DNA of 64,000 nt, from contig CAVTIN010000005.1 of the NCBI GenBank assembly GCA_963734895.1, positions 279 to 64,278 on the forward strand. The letters are read 5' to 3'. A program made the position numbers and the translations under genes. Shown piece after piece: positions 8,336 through 18,583 of the stretch (within the stretch, counting starts at the first letter, position 1; each line of letters begins with the position of its first letter). Under the pieces are notes generated by a model, which was not told the DNA's origin, did no database searches, and saw nothing but the letters and a program-made list of their open reading frames with translations. This stretch comes from an uncultured Chloroflexia bacterium (GTDB lineage Bacteria; Chloroflexota; Limnocylindria; Limnocylindrales; CSP1-4).

Positions 8336-10274
8336 ATGCCCCTCGCTGACCTTCTCCACGACGCATTCGGCTGGCTTCGCGCTCCCGCGCCTGGCCCCGC
8401 CCTGCCCGAGCCCGAGACCGCGCTCCGGCGATCCGTGATCCGCGGGATCGCGATCGTCGCGCTCGTCGCGAGCGCCCTCTACCTCACCTGGCGCACCACG
8501 TCGACGCTGGACCTCGGCGTGTGGTGGGCGTCGGTTCCCCTGCTGGTCCTCGAGATCCACGCCGCGTTCGGGCTCGCGCTGTTCGCGTTCTCACTGTGGG
8601 ACGTTGATCGCCGCCCGGCGCATCGCGACGTTGCCTCGACCCGGCTCCGGATCGCCGTGCTGGTGCCGACCTACAACGAGGGCATCGAGATCCTGCTCCC
8701 GACCATCGCGGCCGCCAAGGCGATGCGGCTGCGCCACGAGACCTGGGTCCTCGATGACGGCACACGACCCGAGGTGGAGCGGCTCGCCCGCTCGCTCGGA
8801 GTCCGGTATCTCACTCGTCCGGAGCACACGCACGCGAAGGCCGGCAACCTCAATCACGCACTCACCGTGATCGACGCGGACCTGATCGCCGTTCTGGATG
8901 CCGACCACGTCGCCGACCGCAAGCTGCTCGTGCGGACGGTCGGGTACTTCGACGACCCGCAGGTCGCCCTGGTGCAGACGCCGCAGGAGTTCTACAACCA
9001 CGATTCGTTCGAGCACGACGCGGTCGCCGGCGACGGCGAGCGGTTCCACGAGCAGGCGCTGTTCTACCGGATGCTGCAGCCGGGCAAGAACCGATGGGGC
9101 GGCGCGTTCTGGTGCGGCACCGGCGCGCTCGTCCGGGTCGCGGCGCTGCGTGATGTCGGCGGGGTGGCCACCGACACGATCACCGAGGACATCCACACCA
9201 CGATCCGGCTCCACCGGCACGGCTGGAAGACCGTGTACCACAACGAGGTCCTTGCGCGCGGCCTGGCCGCCGGTGATGCCGACACGTACCAGCTGCAGCG
9301 CCTGCGCTGGGGCACCGGCGCGATGCAGGTCCTGCGCCGCGAGAACCCGCTCTGGGTCTCCGGCCTGACGCTGCCGCAGCGCCTGTCGTACGCCGCCACG
9401 CTGCTCGGCTGGTTCGACGCCTGGCGGACGCTCGCCTTCGCCTTCTTGCCGATGGTGGTCGTGCTGACCGGCGTCGTCCCGATCCGGGCCGACCTGCGCA
9501 TCTTCGCCACCGCGTTCGGGGTCACCTTCCTGCTCCAGCAGCTCGCACTGCTCGCCCTGAGCCGGGGCTCACACCGACCCGTGCTGTCGATCGTGTTCGA
9601 GCTCGTCCGGATGACATCGAACCTGCGCGCGACACTGACCCTGGTGACCCGTCGCCGGCCCGCGTTCGCGGTGACCCCCAAGGGCCGGCTGGGCGACGGC
9701 CGAACCCGGGTGCGCGTGCCGCTCCCGCTCCGTGTGCTGCTGGTGGCTTCGTTCCTGTCGGCGGCCTGGTTCGCCCTGACGCTGCTCGGTCGTACGTTCA
9801 TCACCTACGCGGAGCCGGGCGCGATGATCGCCGCCTTCGGCTGGCTGCTGTTCAACGTCGCTCTGGTGTGCCTGGCGATCGTGCGCATCCGGTCCCTGAA
9901 GTACGCGCCCGAGCGGCGGGCCAGCGTCCGCTTCGACGTCGAGCTGCCGGGGTTGCTGGGCGATTTTGCCGCCGAGGCGCGTGACGTGTCGGCGGCCGGC
10001 GCACGGGTCGTGGCCGGAACGGAGATCGCCCCGGGATCGAAGGTCAAGCTGGTGCTTGCGACGCCGGGTGGGCCGCTGGCCCTGCGGGGCACCGTCCGCT
10101 CCGTCCGCCGCGATCCGCGGGGTGGACATCGTCCACGGCCTGGAGTTCCTGCCGGGCCAGAACCGGGCACGCGCCCGGCTCGCGCTGTTCCTGTTCGAGC
10201 AACAGACACGCCCCAGGGTGGACCGGACGCCAGTCGCGACCGCGATCCCGGAGCTGGTGCCGACCCCCGCCTGA
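8336..10274 (+). CDS. Family-2 glycosyltransferase (cellulose-synthase-like, multi-pass membrane) with C-terminal PilZ domain; one frame break inside the PilZ domain
   Basis: Motifs: VLVPTYNE, LDADH, TEDIHTT, QLQRLRWGTGA (QxxRW); TM segments on both sides. PilZ motifs: RRASVR and DVSAAG. After ...GTVRSVRRD (frame 2), the PilZ-like continuation GVDIVHGLEFLPGQNRARARLALFLFEQ... is in frame 0 and stops at 10272-10274. The break is near 10112-10122. The ATG at 8336 was chosen over the GTG at 8300. Confidence 0.8.
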
Positions 10275-10304
10275 GCGCCGCGGCGCGAAGCTCGAGGCGG
10301 GCTT

Positions 10305-10340
10305 CCGACGGGCTCAGCCCTGCGCCGACGGGCTCAGCCC
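10305..10340. repeat. 20-bp-period tandem duplication at the 3' end of miaA
   Basis: CCGACGGGCTCAGCCC occurs at 10305-10320 and again at 10325-10340. The second copy contains the miaA stop codon (10334-10336). Confidence 0.8.
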
Positions 10341-11344
10341 GGCGCCTGCTCCAGGAACTTGCCGACCGCCGGCAGCACCGTGTCCGCCGGATCCCCGGTC
10401 GCGTCCACCACCGTGAGCGCGGGCTCCCTGCGGAACCATGTCCGCTGGCGTTTGGCGAACTGGACGTTGCGCCGGGCGTCGCGAGCGAGCGCCTCCTCCA
10501 GCGTGCACTCGCCATCGAGCAGCGCCCAGCTCTCGCGATAGCCGATCGCCGAGAATGCGGGCAGCTCCGGGTCGAAACGTTCGCGCAGGTGTCTCGCCTC
10601 CTCGACCAGGCCGGCCTCGAACTGTGCGCGGGCGCGATGCAGCATCCGGCGCTGGTGCTCCGCGGGTTCCACGACCAGCTGCACCCCGAGGACCGGCGCC
10701 GGGTATCCGACGCGCGCCGGCAACGGGGCGTCGCCGCGCAGAGTCGCGATCTCCATGGCACGGACCACGCGGCGTGGGTTCCGGAGGTCGATGTGCGCAG
10801 CGAGCGAAGGCGCCCTGGCCGTGAGCCGCACCACCACGGCCTCGAGCCCGTCGGACGCCAGCGTTGCCTCGATCTCCTTCCGGACGTCCGGATCCGACGG
10901 CAGGGCGTCCGTGTCGATCCCCGCGAACACGGCGCGCAGCCAGAACCCGGTGCCGCCGGCGAGGACCCCCACCCCGCCCCGCTCGCCGAGCGTGCGCAGC
11001 GCAGCCAGTGCGTGGGCGCGGAAGTCGACGATCGTGAACGGGCAATCGGGATCCACGAGATCGAGGCCGTGGTGGACGACCCGGCCGCGCTCCTCGGGGG
11101 TTGCCTTCGCGGTGCCGATGTCGAGGCCCCGGTACACCTGGCGCGAGTCCGCCGACACGATCTCTGCGGGAATGCCGCGGGCCATCAGCTGCTCGGCCAC
11201 CTCGATGGCGAGCCCGGTCTTGCCCGTGGCGGTCGCACCGCCGATGACGACGAGCGGCGGCAGGTCCCCCGGCCCTCCGCTCGCTGGCGGCGGCAGGTCC
11301 CCCGGCCCTCCCCGCCCGGGCGCGGGATCGCCGGCCGAGGGCAT
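10334..11344 (-). CDS. miaA: tRNA dimethylallyltransferase
   Basis: P-loop GGATATGKTG, SADSRQVYRGLDIGTAKATPEER, typical length. The N-terminal extension contains an in-frame duplication. Confidence 0.95.
   Translation of the reverse strand: MPSAGDPAPGRGGPGDLPPPASGGPGDLPPLVVIGGATATGKTGLAIEVAEQLMARGIPAEIVSADSRQVYRGLDIGTAKATPEERGRVVHHGLDLVDPDCPFTIVDFRAHALAALRTLGERGGVGVLAGGTGFWLRAVFAGIDTDALPSDPDVRKEIEATLASDGLEAVVVRLTARAPSLAAHIDLRNPRRVVRAMEIATLRGDAPLPARVGYPAPVLGVQLVVEPAEHQRRMLHRARAQFEAGLVEEARHLRERFDPELPAFSAIGYRESWALLDGECTLEEALARDARRNVQFAKRQRTWFRREPALTVVDATGDPADTVLPAVGKFLEQAPG
11256..11311. repeat. 33-bp-period in-frame tandem duplication in the 5' end of miaA
   Basis: GGCGGCAGGTCCCCCGGCCCTCC occurs at 11256-11278 and at 11289-11311. 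It encodes GGPGDLPP twice (GGPGDLPPPAS GGPGDLPPLVV). Confidence 0.85.
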
Positions 11345-11349
11345 CGGGC

Positions 11350-13008
11350 TCAGGCCAGTCGTCCGCGGAGCGCGTACGGCCCGGCGTGGTCCACGGCGAC
11401 CGTGACCAGCTCTCCCACGAGCGAGGCGGCGCCCGCCACGTGGACCAGCTTGTTCTCGCGTGATCGACCGGCCAGGTGAACGACGCCATCCGGGAGGTGA
11501 GCGAACGCGTCGCGCGACTCGGCGGTGCCGGTGTCGGCGGCGTCCTCGTCGTCATGGTCGTGGCGCCGGGGCGGGATGATCGTGTCCACCAGCACCTCGG
11601 TCGTGCGCCCCAGCCAACCGCGGTTCCGCTCGTGCCCGATGCGCTCCTGGACCGCCAGCAGCTCGACCAGACGGCGGCGCTTCTCCTCGGCGGGCACGTC
11701 GTCCACGAGCCGCGTCGCAGGTGTGCCGGGCCGCTCGCTGTAGGCCGCCGCGAACACCTGGTCGTACTCGACGGTCTCGAGCAGCCGCAGCGTTGCTGCG
11801 TACTCCTCGTCCGTCTCGCCGCAGAAGCCGACGATGACGTCCGTGGACAGCGCGATCCCGGGGATCGCCTCGCGGATCCGGCCAAGCCGTTCGAGGTAGT
11901 GCTCGATGGTGTACTGGCGGCCCATCCGGCGCAGCATCGCGTCGCTGCCGGACTGGACCGGGAGGTGCAGCGCCTCGCACACCGACGGGCAGTCGCGCAT
12001 GGCCTCGATGAGTCGATCCGACAGGTCCCAGGGATGCGAGGTCACGAACCGGAGGCGAGGGATCGCCGGACCGTCGCCGACCGCCGCCACGCCGTCGAGT
12101 GCGCGGATCAGCTCCGCGAGATCGGGCCGCGCCTCGCGGTCCTGGTGCCGTCCGACTGTGCGAGCTGTGACGACGTGGGCAAACCGCGGCTCGGCCGGCA
12201 GGTCGTGGCCGTAGCTGTTGACGTTCTGTCCCAGGAGCGTGACCTCGCGGTAGCCAGCCGATGCCAGCGCCCGGGCCTCGTCGACGATCTCGTCGAACGG
12301 TCGGCTGCGCTCGGGGCCCCGGCTGAACGGGACGATGCAGTAGGTGCACGTCTTGTCACAGCCGTAGATGATCGGCAGCCAGGCGCTGATCGTTGAACTC
12401 CGGCTCACGGCGCTCCCCGCGATCGCGTCCGCGCGGGCCCGCACCAGGTGCGTCGCATCGGAGACGACGGCGCGGTTGACCACCGTGGTCGCGGCGGTCA
12501 TCGCCAGCGCACCGACCGGAGCCTGGGCGGAGGCCAGCCCGAGCCGGTCGACGAGCTCGGGCTCCTCGTCCGGGCGCAGGAACAGGTCGATTGCCGGGTA
12601 CCGGCGGGTGAGGGCGTCGCGGTTGTTCTCGCGGACGGAGCAGCCGGTCATCACCACGCGAAGGCCGGGGTTGGCGGCCTTGAGCCGGTTGAGCTGGCCC
12701 TGACGGCCGATGACCTTCGCCTCAGCCGCCTCACGGATCGCGCAGGTGTTGATGACCACGAGGTCGGCCGTCTCCAGCGCGGGGGATTCCGCGCACCCGG
12801 CGGCCAGCAGCCGACCGGCCATCTCCTCGGAGTCGCTCTTGTTCATCTGGCAGCCGAGCGTCCAGACGAAGAACGATGGGAGCGAGCGGGGCTCGGGGCG
12901 GAACTCGCCCAGCCGGTCGTCGTCGGGGTCGAGCGGGCTGCGCGGCCCGTCCGCGCCGACCGAGGGCGGGAGGATCTCGAGCACGGGCAGCCGTCGGGTG
13001 GTCGTCAT
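11350..13008 (-). CDS. miaB: tRNA-i6A37 methylthiotransferase (radical SAM)
   Basis: Motifs: TLGCQMNKSDSE, VINTCAIRE, radical-SAM CDKTCTYC, TRAM-like C-terminus. ATG at 13008 (MTTTRRLPVLEI...) is preferred to the ORF-track start at 13089. Confidence 0.93.
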   Translation of the reverse strand: MTTTRRLPVLEILPPSVGADGPRSPLDPDDDRLGEFRPEPRSLPSFFVWTLGCQMNKSDSEEMAGRLLAAGCAESPALETADLVVINTCAIREAAEAKVIGRQGQLNRLKAANPGLRVVMTGCSVRENNRDALTRRYPAIDLFLRPDEEPELVDRLGLASAQAPVGALAMTAATTVVNRAVVSDATHLVRARADAIAGSAVSRSSTISAWLPIIYGCDKTCTYCIVPFSRGPERSRPFDEIVDEARALASAGYREVTLLGQNVNSYGHDLPAEPRFAHVVTARTVGRHQDREARPDLAELIRALDGVAAVGDGPAIPRLRFVTSHPWDLSDRLIEAMRDCPSVCEALHLPVQSGSDAMLRRMGRQYTIEHYLERLGRIREAIPGIALSTDVIVGFCGETDEEYAATLRLLETVEYDQVFAAAYSERPGTPATRLVDDVPAEEKRRRLVELLAVQERIGHERNRGWLGRTTEVLVDTIIPPRRHDHDDEDAADTGTAESRDAFAHLPDGVVHLAGRSRENKLVHVAGAASLVGELVTVAVDHAGPYALRGRLA

Positions 13009-13036
13009 GACACGCGTGATGGTACGGCCTGGGCCG

Positions 13037-13966
13037 TCAGCGCGACCGTGCCCCGGTCGTGCGGCCGAGCGCCGTGCGAATCCCGGCAACCAGTGCCTCG
13101 GGCATCACGAGCTCGGCGTGCGCCTCGGCGTACGGACCCAGGTCGCCGTGGTAGTCGGTGCCCCCCGTCTCGACGAGCCCAAGCTTCCTAGCGACCTCGC
13201 CGACCGCCTCCCGAGCCTCGGCGTCGAACGACCGGTGATGCGACTCGAGGCCTTCGAGGCCCTCGGCGACGAGCTCCCTCAGCAGCGGCACGCGACGCGG
13301 TGCCTCGGGGAAGTGGGCCAGGGAGCTCAGCCCGCCCGCGGCCCGGATCGCGCGGATCGCATCGATGGGACCGAGCCCCCTGCGCGGCACGTACCCGGGC
13401 ATGCCGTGACCGATGATCCGCTTGAAGGCATCTTCGACGCTGTCCGCAAACCCGGCGGCCATCAGCGCCCGGGCCAGCGTGGGGCGTCCGAGGGCATCGT
13501 CCCCACGCAGGTCGAGCTCGGCGATCTGTGCATCGACCGGGACGCCGATCTCGCGCAGCCGGTCGACCGTGGCCTGGAACCGCACGCGCCGCGCGCCGCG
13601 CTGCGTCGCCAGGGCAGCCTCGAATGCGTCGTCCGCCGGGTCGACGCCGATCCCCAGCACGTGGAGCTCGCCATCGGGGAGGTCGAGCTCGAGGCCCACG
13701 GTGACCGAGTTGATCTCGACTGCGGGCACCAGCTCCATCCCGGCCGGCAACGGGTCCGCGTCGGGCGCGACGAGCTCCCGGTACGCGGCGAGGTTGTCGT
13801 GGTCCGCGATCGCGAACAGCCGGACGCCCGTGGCTGCCGCCTGCCGCACGAGCTCCGCCGGCTCCAGCACGCCGTCAGACCGGGTGGTGTGGGTGTGGAC
13901 GTCCGCGATGGCGGTTCCGGACCGGAATGGTGCGCCGTCCGCACGCGGCTGATGGCGAGCGCTCAC
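13037..13966 (-). CDS. PHP-domain metal-dependent phosphoesterase (TrpH/YciV-like)
   Basis: DVHTHTTRSDG, IADHDN, HVLGIG, GTDYHG motifs. Confidence 0.85.
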   Translation of the reverse strand: MSARHQPRADGAPFRSGTAIADVHTHTTRSDGVLEPAELVRQAAATGVRLFAIADHDNLAAYRELVAPDADPLPAGMELVPAVEINSVTVGLELDLPDGELHVLGIGVDPADDAFEAALATQRGARRVRFQATVDRLREIGVPVDAQIAELDLRGDDALGRPTLARALMAAGFADSVEDAFKRIIGHGMPGYVPRRGLGPIDAIRAIRAAGGLSSLAHFPEAPRRVPLLRELVAEGLEGLESHHRSFDAEAREAVGEVARKLGLVETGGTDYHGDLGPYAEAHAELVMPEALVAGIRTALGRTTGARSR

Positions 13967-13969
13967 CGG

Positions 13970-14833
13970 TTAGACCTCGACGATGCGCTGGATCCGTTCG
14001 ATCTGCAGCGCCCGACCCGTGGCGGGGTCGATGTCCACCTGGCAGGCATTGAGGACCACTGGTCCGTCGCCGACCTCGAACCGTGTCGGAAGCGCGTTGA
14101 CGAACCGCGGCAGGACGGTCGCCGGCTTGAACCCGATGACGCTCCACAGCGGCCCGGTCATGCCCAGATCGGTCAGGTACGCGGTCCCCTTGGGCAGGAT
14201 CCGCTCGTCGCCGGTGACGACGTGCGTGTGTGTCCCGACCACGGCGGAGACGCGCCCATCGAGGTACAGGCCCATCGCGTTCTTCTCGGAGGTGAGCTCG
14301 CAGTGGAAGTCGACGAGCCGGATCGGCGGCAGCGGTTCGGATGCTTCGTCGAGCAGCCGGTCCACGTCGGTGAACGGATTGTCGATCGGGATCATCGTGG
14401 TCCGACCCTGGAGGTTGATCACCGCGAGCTCGCTGCCGTCGAGCGCCTGGAAGATCCCCCAGCCGCGGCCGGGAACATCGTGCGTGCCGTAGTTGAGCGG
14501 CCGCAGCACGCGCTCGGACTGGTCGAGGAACGGGTAGATCTCGCGCTTGTCCCAGATGTGGTTGCCCGAGGTGATCACGTCCACGCCGGCCGCGAACAGC
14601 GCCTCGGCGGTGCTCACGGTCAGCCCCATGCCGCCGGCGAGGTTCTCGCCGTTGGCGGTGACGAAGTCGATGCCGCGCTCGTCACGCAGCCCTCGAAGCT
14701 CGCTCTCGAGGGCAACCCGGCCAGGCTTCCCGATGACATCGCCGATCAGCAGGATGCGGCAGGCACCGGGTGGGCGGGGCGCATTGCCGTTCGGCGGGTT
14801 GCCCAGACCGGCCCGCTCGCTGTCGCGCGTCAT
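13970..14833 (-). CDS. ymdB: YmdB-family metallophosphoesterase (TIGR00282-like)
   Basis: ILLIGDVIGKPGR, TANGENLAGGMG, SGNHIWDK, VGTHTHV. It is located directly downstream of rny, as in Bacillus. Confidence 0.9.
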   Translation of the reverse strand: MTRDSERAGLGNPPNGNAPRPPGACRILLIGDVIGKPGRVALESELRGLRDERGIDFVTANGENLAGGMGLTVSTAEALFAAGVDVITSGNHIWDKREIYPFLDQSERVLRPLNYGTHDVPGRGWGIFQALDGSELAVINLQGRTTMIPIDNPFTDVDRLLDEASEPLPPIRLVDFHCELTSEKNAMGLYLDGRVSAVVGTHTHVVTGDERILPKGTAYLTDLGMTGPLWSVIGFKPATVLPRFVNALPTRFEVGDGPVVLNACQVDIDPATGRALQIERIQRIVEV

Positions 14834-14847
14834 CGATGGCCCATGTG

Positions 14848-16377
14848 CTACTTCGCGTATTCGACGGAGCGGGTCTCGCGGATGACCGTGACCTTGATCT
14901 GGCCGGGGTAGGTCAGGCTGTCCTCGATCTTCTTGACGATGTCGCGGGCGAGCCGGCCGGCGCTCAGGTCATCGATCTCCTCGGGGCGAACGAGGATCCG
15001 CACCTCGCGACCCGCCTGGACGGCGAAGGAGCGATCCACGCCGGTGAAGCTCTCCGCGATCGCCTGGAGGTCTTCGAGCCGCTTCACGTAGGTCTGCATC
15101 GTCTCGCCGCGGGCGCCCGGGCGTGACGCCGAGATCGCGTCGGCGACCTGGACGATCGGTGCCTCGATGCAGGCGAACTCCACCTCCTGGTGGTGGGCCG
15201 CGATGCCGTTGACGACCTTGAACGGCAGGCTGTGCTTCTGGGCGATCGCCGCGCCGATGGCGGCGTGCGGGCCCTCCACCTCGTGGTCCACGGCCTTGCC
15301 GATGTCGTGCAGCAGCCCGCCGATCTTGGCGGCCTGCACGTCGGCACCGAGCTCGGCCGCGATGATCGCGGCGAGGTGGCTCGTCTCGACGCAGTGGACC
15401 AGCACGTTCTGGCCGTAGCTCGTCCGGTACTTGAGCCGGCCCATGAGCTTGATCATCTCTGCCGGCAGGCCCGGGACCCCGGCGTCGTAGGCGGCCTGTT
15501 CCCCGGCCTGGCGGATGACGAGGTCGACCTCGGCGCGGGCCTTGTTGACGACTTCCTCGATCCGTCCGGGATGGATCCGGCCGTCGGCGATCAGCTTGGT
15601 CAGCGCCAGCCGCGCGACCTCTCGACGGACGGGGTCGAACCCGGACAGGATGACCGTCTCGGGCGTGTCGTCGATGATCAGGTCGACGCCCGTTGCCTGC
15701 TCGAGGGCGCGAATGTTGCGGCCCTCGCGGCCGATGATCCGGCCCTTCATCTCGTCGCTGGGCAGGTGGACGCTCGTGACCGTATGCTCGGCGGTGTGGT
15801 CGGCGGCCACCCGCTGCATCGCGGTCACGATGATCTCGCGCGCCTTCTCCTGCGCCTCGTCGCGTGCCTGACGCTCGATGGCGCGCGACAGCTTGACGGC
15901 GTCGTGCTCGGCCTCGTCGCGAATCGCGTCCAGGAGGATCGCCTTGGCGTCGTCCGCGGACATCCCGGACACCTGCTCGAGGGCCACGATCCGTTCGGCG
16001 TTGAGCCGTCCCAGCTCGTCGCGCTCGTGCTCCAGGTCCCGCTCCCGGTCATTGATCTTGCGGCTCTTCTCCTCGAGCATGTCCGCTCGCTGGTCGAGCT
16101 GCTCGTCGCGCGACAGCAGCCGGCGCTCGAGGTTCTGGAGCTCGCCGCGCTTGGCCCGCGCCTCCTGCTCGGCTTCACGCCCGAGGCGCAGCTTCTCGTC
16201 CTTCGCCTCGAGGATCATGTCCTTCTGCTGGGTACGGGCCTCGGCCACGATCCGGGCGGCCTTGTCCTGCGCAGCCTTGATCGTCTGGCTGGTAAAGATG
16301 CCGCGAGCGGCGAATCCCACGGCGGCGCCGGCGGCGGCGGCGATGACGGCCGCGCCTGCGACGACGAATGGTTCCAT
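14848..16377 (-). CDS. rny: Ribonuclease Y
   Basis: N-terminal TM helix, coiled coil, KH domain ([24 protein letters not shown]), HD domain ([12 protein letters not shown]). ATG at 16377 has GGGGGGGAGGA upstream. Confidence 0.95.
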   Translation of the reverse strand: MEPFVVAGAAVIAAAAGAAVGFAARGIFTSQTIKAAQDKAARIVAEARTQQKDMILEAKDEKLRLGREAEQEARAKRGELQNLERRLLSRDEQLDQRADMLEEKSRKINDRERDLEHERDELGRLNAERIVALEQVSGMSADDAKAILLDAIRDEAEHDAVKLSRAIERQARDEAQEKAREIIVTAMQRVAADHTAEHTVTSVHLPSDEMKGRIIGREGRNIRALEQATGVDLIIDDTPETVILSGFDPVRREVARLALTKLIADGRIHPGRIEEVVNKARAEVDLVIRQAGEQAAYDAGVPGLPAEMIKLMGRLKYRTSYGQNVLVHCVETSHLAAIIAAELGADVQAAKIGGLLHDIGKAVDHEVEGPHAAIGAAIAQKHSLPFKVVNGIAAHHQEVEFACIEAPIVQVADAISASRPGARGETMQTYVKRLEDLQAIAESFTGVDRSFAVQAGREVRILVRPEEIDDLSAGRLARDIVKKIEDSLTYPGQIKVTVIRETRSVEYAK

Positions 16378-16614
16378 CTTCAGTTCCTCCCCCCCGACCG
16401 GACTGATGGGCCGGAGGCGTTGTCGAGTCAATATCGGGCTACGTGCGGCACGGAATGCTTGGGCGCTGGGAGCAGGAGGCTCGGTGCTCTCCCACTCTCC
16501 TCCGGAACGCACGGCTCGCCCGGAAGCAGCCCGCAGGTCCGCGTCCGGTTGTGTGCGTAGCCTACAGCGTCACCCCGGAACCGGCTCGCGATCGCTCGGG
16601 GGCCCGTGCGGCAG

Positions 16615-17220
16615 CTACTCGCCGTCCGCCGGGGCGTCCGGATCAGCGGGTTCGTCCATGCGTCGCAACGCCGCCGACGCGACGGACGGGTCGAAGCCGT
16701 GGCGCGCGAGTAGCGCATAGGCTCGCTGCCGCCGCCGGCGTGGATCGGCGACACGGTCCAGCGCGCGCGCATTTCGTTCCAGCAGGTTCGCGGCTGCGCG
16801 CTCGTCCGCAGACGCAGCCTCAGGATCAGCGTCTCTCGCCGCCCGCCGCTCGCCGAGGACCGCGTCGACGGTCTCGCGGTCGATCCCCTTGAGCCGGAGC
16901 TCCTGGCGCAGCGCGTGCTCTCCGCGCGGATGGGCACGATCCCGCGACTCGACCCACGCCCGCGCAAATCCCGCGTCGTCGAGATAGCCGAGCTCCGTCA
17001 TCCGCGCAATGGCCGCCTCGACGAGGTCCGGGCGGTAGCCGGCCCCGGTCAACCGGCGACGAACCTCCGCGATGGATCGCGGCCGCGCCTCGAGGAAGCG
17101 GGCCGCTGCGTCAAGGACCTCGCCGACATCGTCGACGGCGGCACGACGTTCGCGACGCTCCGCGATCGACGGCTTGCGACGCCGCGATGGGCCTCCCGGC
17201 GACTGCGCGTCCCAGCCCAT
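16615..17220 (-). CDS. recX: Recombination regulator RecX
   Basis: Three-helix repeat pattern (RSIAEVRRRLTGAGY...VEAAIARMTELGYLDDAGFARAWVESR...), directly downstream of recA. Confidence 0.88.
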   Translation of the reverse strand: MGWDAQSPGGPSRRRKPSIAERRERRAAVDDVGEVLDAAARFLEARPRSIAEVRRRLTGAGYRPDLVEAAIARMTELGYLDDAGFARAWVESRDRAHPRGEHALRQELRLKGIDRETVDAVLGERRAARDADPEAASADERAAANLLERNARALDRVADPRRRRQRAYALLARHGFDPSVASAALRRMDEPADPDAPADGE

Positions 17221-17232
17221 CGAGGGTGCGGC

Positions 17233-18312
17233 CTACTCGGCCTCCTCGATCCCCTCGACGGGCACGGCGACCTCGATCATCTTGGCCCTGATCAGCCGGT
17301 CGATCTCGGCGGCGAGGTCCGCGTTGTTCCTGAGGAAGTCCTTGGAGGCCTCGCGTCCCTGCCCCAGGCGCGTATCGCCAAACGTGAACCATGCTCCGGT
17401 CTTGGTCACGACGTCCATCGCCACGCCGACGTCCAGCAGGCCGCCTTCCTTGCTGATTCCCTCCCCGTACATGACGTCGAACTCGGCGACGCGGAACGGC
17501 GGCGACACCTTGTTCTTGACGACCTTGACCCGGACGCGGTTGCCGACCGACTCGGTCCCGGTCTTGATCGTCTCGATGCGCCGGATGTCGAGCCGGACGG
17601 AGGCGTAGAACTTGAGCGCGCGCCCACCGGGCGTCGTCTCGGGGTTGCCGAACATGACCCCGATCTTCTCGCGCAGCTGGTTGGTGAACACGAGCGACGT
17701 GTTCGAGCGGCTGACGGCGCCCGTCAGCTTGCGCAGCGCCTGGCTCATGAGACGGGCCTGGATGCCGACAAAGCTGTCGCCCATCTCGCCCTCGATCTCG
17801 GCGCGCGGCACGAGCGCCGCGACGGAGTCCAGGACGACGCAGTCCACGCCGCCGGAGCGGATGAGGGTCTCGGTGATCTCGAGCGCCTGCTCGCCGGTGT
17901 CCGGCTGCGACACCAGGAGCTCGTCGACGTTGACGCCACAGGCGCGTGCGTACGCAGGATCGAGCGCATGCTCGACGTCGATGAACGCCGCGATGCCGCC
18001 GCGGCGCTGGGCCTCAGCGATGACGTGCTGGCACAGGGTGGTCTTGCCCGACGACTCGGGACCGAAGACCTCGGTGATCCGGCCGCGAGGGATGCCGCCG
18101 ACGCCAAGCGCAAGGTCGAGCGCGATCGAGCCCGTGGGGATCGAATCGACCGCCTGACGCTCGCGTGAGCCGAGCTTCATGATCGAGCCACGCCCGAACT
18201 GCTTCTCGATCGCGAGGATGGCGGCATCAACCGCGCGACCCCGTTCGGCGACGGCCTTCTCAACGGCCTTGTCGGCGGCGCGCGCGTCCGTGTCCCTGCC
18301 CGTGATCGTCAT
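17233..18312 (-). CDS. recA: Recombinase RecA
   Basis: [15 protein letters not shown], Walker [57 protein letters not shown]. Confidence 0.98.
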   Translation of the reverse strand: MTITGRDTDARAADKAVEKAVAERGRAVDAAILAIEKQFGRGSIMKLGSRERQAVDSIPTGSIALDLALGVGGIPRGRITEVFGPESSGKTTLCQHVIAEAQRRGGIAAFIDVEHALDPAYARACGVNVDELLVSQPDTGEQALEITETLIRSGGVDCVVLDSVAALVPRAEIEGEMGDSFVGIQARLMSQALRKLTGAVSRSNTSLVFTNQLREKIGVMFGNPETTPGGRALKFYASVRLDIRRIETIKTGTESVGNRVRVKVVKNKVSPPFRVAEFDVMYGEGISKEGGLLDVGVAMDVVTKTGAWFTFGDTRLGQGREASKDFLRNNADLAAEIDRLIRAKMIEVAVPVEGIEEAE

Positions 18313-18382
18313 CCCTGTCCTCGCTCCTGGCGGCTTGAGCCGACCTGAGGGAGCGGGACCCGGTCCCCGCCCGCCCGGCGCG

Positions 18383-18544
18383 TCAGCCCTCGCCGGACTC
18401 CTGCTCGTCCCACCGAGGCTTGCGCTGCTTCCGGATGACCTCCACCTGCTGTGGAGCCTCGGACAGCGGCGCGAGCTTGGTCTGGGTGGACTTGTCCTTG
18501 GGCTTCTTCTTGCCTTCCTTCGCGGGGCGGTCTCGTGAACCCAT
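18383..18544 (-). CDS. Small lysine/arginine-rich protein (53 aa), unannotated by the ORF track (<60 aa)
   Basis: ATG at 18544 with GGAGG 6 nt upstream. Product: [53 protein letters not shown], stop at 18383-18385. The third codon position is G/C-rich, as in neighbouring genes. It fills the tgt-recA gap. Confidence 0.45.
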   Translation of the reverse strand: MGSRDRPAKEGKKKPKDKSTQTKLAPLSEAPQQVEVIRKQRKPRWDEQESGEG

Positions 18545-18583
18545 TGCTCGCCTCCACGTGCACCGACGATACGGGCACTGACT

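Noticed and set aside
8300-11479. 1059-aa ORF suggesting a giant glycosyltransferase
   Set aside because: Only the first ~600 codons are protein-like. After the frame break near 10115, the ORF runs antisense through miaA and miaB as low-complexity sequence.
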